Assembly: GCF_025490915.1 (NCBI RefSeq)
Contig: NZ_JANQBA010000004.1
Location: 147,536-179,535 of the forward strand
Length of the DNA: 32,000 nucleotides
Source: Lacticaseibacillus parakribbianus
GTDB taxonomy: Bacteria > Bacillota > Bacilli > Lactobacillales > Lactobacillaceae
Direction: 5' to 3'
This document shows, piece after piece, positions 31,017 to 32,000 of the stretch. The position numbers were made by a program, and so were the translations under genes. How positions within the stretch are numbered: the first letter of the stretch is position 1; every line of letters starts with the position of its first letter. The notes under the pieces are model-generated. The model did no database searches. It was not told the DNA's origin and worked only from the letters and a program-made list of their open reading frames with translations.

Positions 31017-31451
31017 ATGCTGCAACTCGCAGGCCCCAAAGACCTGGACCAACTTGCAGAACTCGCCGCGCTAATGTGGCCACACCACGAAGTCTGCGCC
31101 CTTCGAGCGGAGATTGCCTCGCTCATCGCCCAAGGCCAGTCGCAGTTCTTCTTGATCGGTGCAATGGGGTCGCCGGTCGGCTTTGCGCAGTGTTCGCTGC
31201 GCCACGATTACGTGGAAGGCACCAGCACTAGCCCGGTCGGCTACCTGGAGGGAATTTTCGTCAAGCCGACCGCCCGCCACCGCGGCTACGCCAAGGCGCT
31301 GGTCGCAAGCTGTGAGGCCTGGGCCAAGGCGCAGGGATGTGCCGAGTTTGCCAGCGATTGCCCACTTGATCACCTCACCAGCCTGCGGTTCCACCAGGCG
31401 TTGCACTTCACGGAGGCTAACCGCATCATCTGCTTCACCAAGGCACTTTAG
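31017..31451 (+). CDS. GNAT acetyltransferase resembling AAC(6')-I aminoglycoside N6'-acetyltransferases
   Basis: Start at ATG 31017 with AGGAGG RBS at 8-nt spacing. 144 aa. SLRHDYVEGTSTSPVGYLEGIFVKPTARHRGYAKALV...GCAEFASDCPLDHLTSLRFHQALHFTE parallels, from memory, the AAC(6')-Iy-type pattern IRHDYVNG..SSPV.FLEGIFV.P..R..GVA..L...GC.E.ASD......S...H.ALGF.E. Confidence 0.75.
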   Translation: MLQLAGPKDLDQLAELAALMWPHHEVCALRAEIASLIAQGQSQFFLIGAMGSPVGFAQCSLRHDYVEGTSTSPVGYLEGIFVKPTARHRGYAKALVASCEAWAKAQGCAEFASDCPLDHLTSLRFHQALHFTEANRIICFTKAL

Positions 31452-31581
31452 CGGCTAGCGCAACGCCGACCGCTCGCAACCAGCCGTTCTGTCGGCGGCC
31501 ACGCGCCAGCCGAGCCCAAGCCTGCCGACCACCGGCACAGTCAATCGGCCGGCTCACCCCCGAGCTCAGCCCCACGCGAAC

Positions 31582-31636
31582 AAGACGGCCACCACGCAGG
31601 TCCCAAGTCTGGGGCAATGCGCGGTGGCCGTCTTGT
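31582..31636. terminator. long hairpin between the convergent GNAT gene and pgsA (no clear U tract)
   Basis: A perfect 12-bp stem AAGACGGCCACC / GGTGGCCGTCTT is extended by 4 more pairs. There is no T run on either strand, so termination is uncertain. Confidence 0.45.
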
Positions 31637-31644
31637 GTATCTGT

Positions 31645-32000
31645 CTAGAACGAATCCGCGAACACGCCGCGGTTCTTGTAGAAGTAGTCGATGCCGGAGT
31701 ACAGGGTGAAGAACACGGCGGCGTAAAACAGCACCAGCCCGATGGGGAAGCCCGCACCGAAGTCCTTCATCAGCAAGAAGATGATGGCAAACATCTGCGT
31801 GGCCGTCTTGATCTTGCCCGGCCAGGCCGCCGCCAGCACCTCGCCCTCCTTGGAGAGCAGCAGGCGCAGGCCGGTGACCGCCAGCTCCCGCCACAGGATG
31901 ATGGCGGTGCCCCAGGCGGGAATCGTGCCGTTGGCGGTGAGGAAAATGAACGCGGTCATCACCAACAGCTTGTCGGCCAGCGGATCGGCGAACTTGCCGA
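31645..32000 (-). CDS. pgsA: CDP-diacylglycerol--glycerol-3-phosphate 3-phosphatidyltransferase (3' part; N-terminus beyond window end)
   Basis: The frame stays open to the window edge. My translation of 32000..31966 gives GKFADPLADKLLV, the tail of the CDP-alcohol phosphatidyltransferase motif. It continues into the track ORF MTAFIFLTANGTIPAWGTAIILWRELAVTGLRLL. Confidence 0.85.
   Translation of the reverse strand, partial: GKFADPLADKLLVMTAFIFLTANGTIPAWGTAIILWRELAVTGLRLLLSKEGEVLAAAWPGKIKTATQMFAIIFLLMKDFGAGFPIGLVLFYAAVFFTLYSGIDYFYKNRGVFADSF

Overview
High-GC Firmicute chromosome segment with Lactobacillaceae/Bacillus-like proteins and gene order. It is densely coding and almost entirely on the minus strand. 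In window order: (1) a glycan-utilisation cluster with a GH29 alpha-L-fucosidase (runs off the window start, absent from the ORF track), a GH2 LacZ-type beta-galactosidase, an AraC-family regulator, and two LplB/LplC-type ABC sugar permeases with no binding protein or ATPase nearby; (2) a liaXYZ/yvlBCD-like envelope-stress triad; (3) a complete phosphate regulon block, PDZ-protein gene-phoP-phoR then pstS-pstC-pstA-pstB-pstB-phoU, with Pho-box-like repeats ahead of pstS; (4) an 860-bp gene-free gap between the PDZ-protein gene and ftsX; (5) the conserved block ftsX-ftsE-prfB (classic +1 frameshift)-secA-hpf-comFC-comFA (frameshifted), divergent yigZ, then recA-cinA, a plus-strand AAC(6')-I-like GNAT gene, and the 3' part of pgsA. 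The most interesting signal is in the gap. A near-consensus plus-strand promoter and a strong plus-strand intrinsic terminator bracket about 410 nt of helix-rich sequence that does not look coding and has no downstream gene. It is preceded by two copies of a roughly 79-nt hairpin-forming repeat. I could not match it by eye to tmRNA, RNase P, SRP or 6S RNA, so I flag it as a candidate orphan structured ncRNA. Many long ORFs in the supplied track are antisense or out-of-frame artefacts of the high GC content and are not called.
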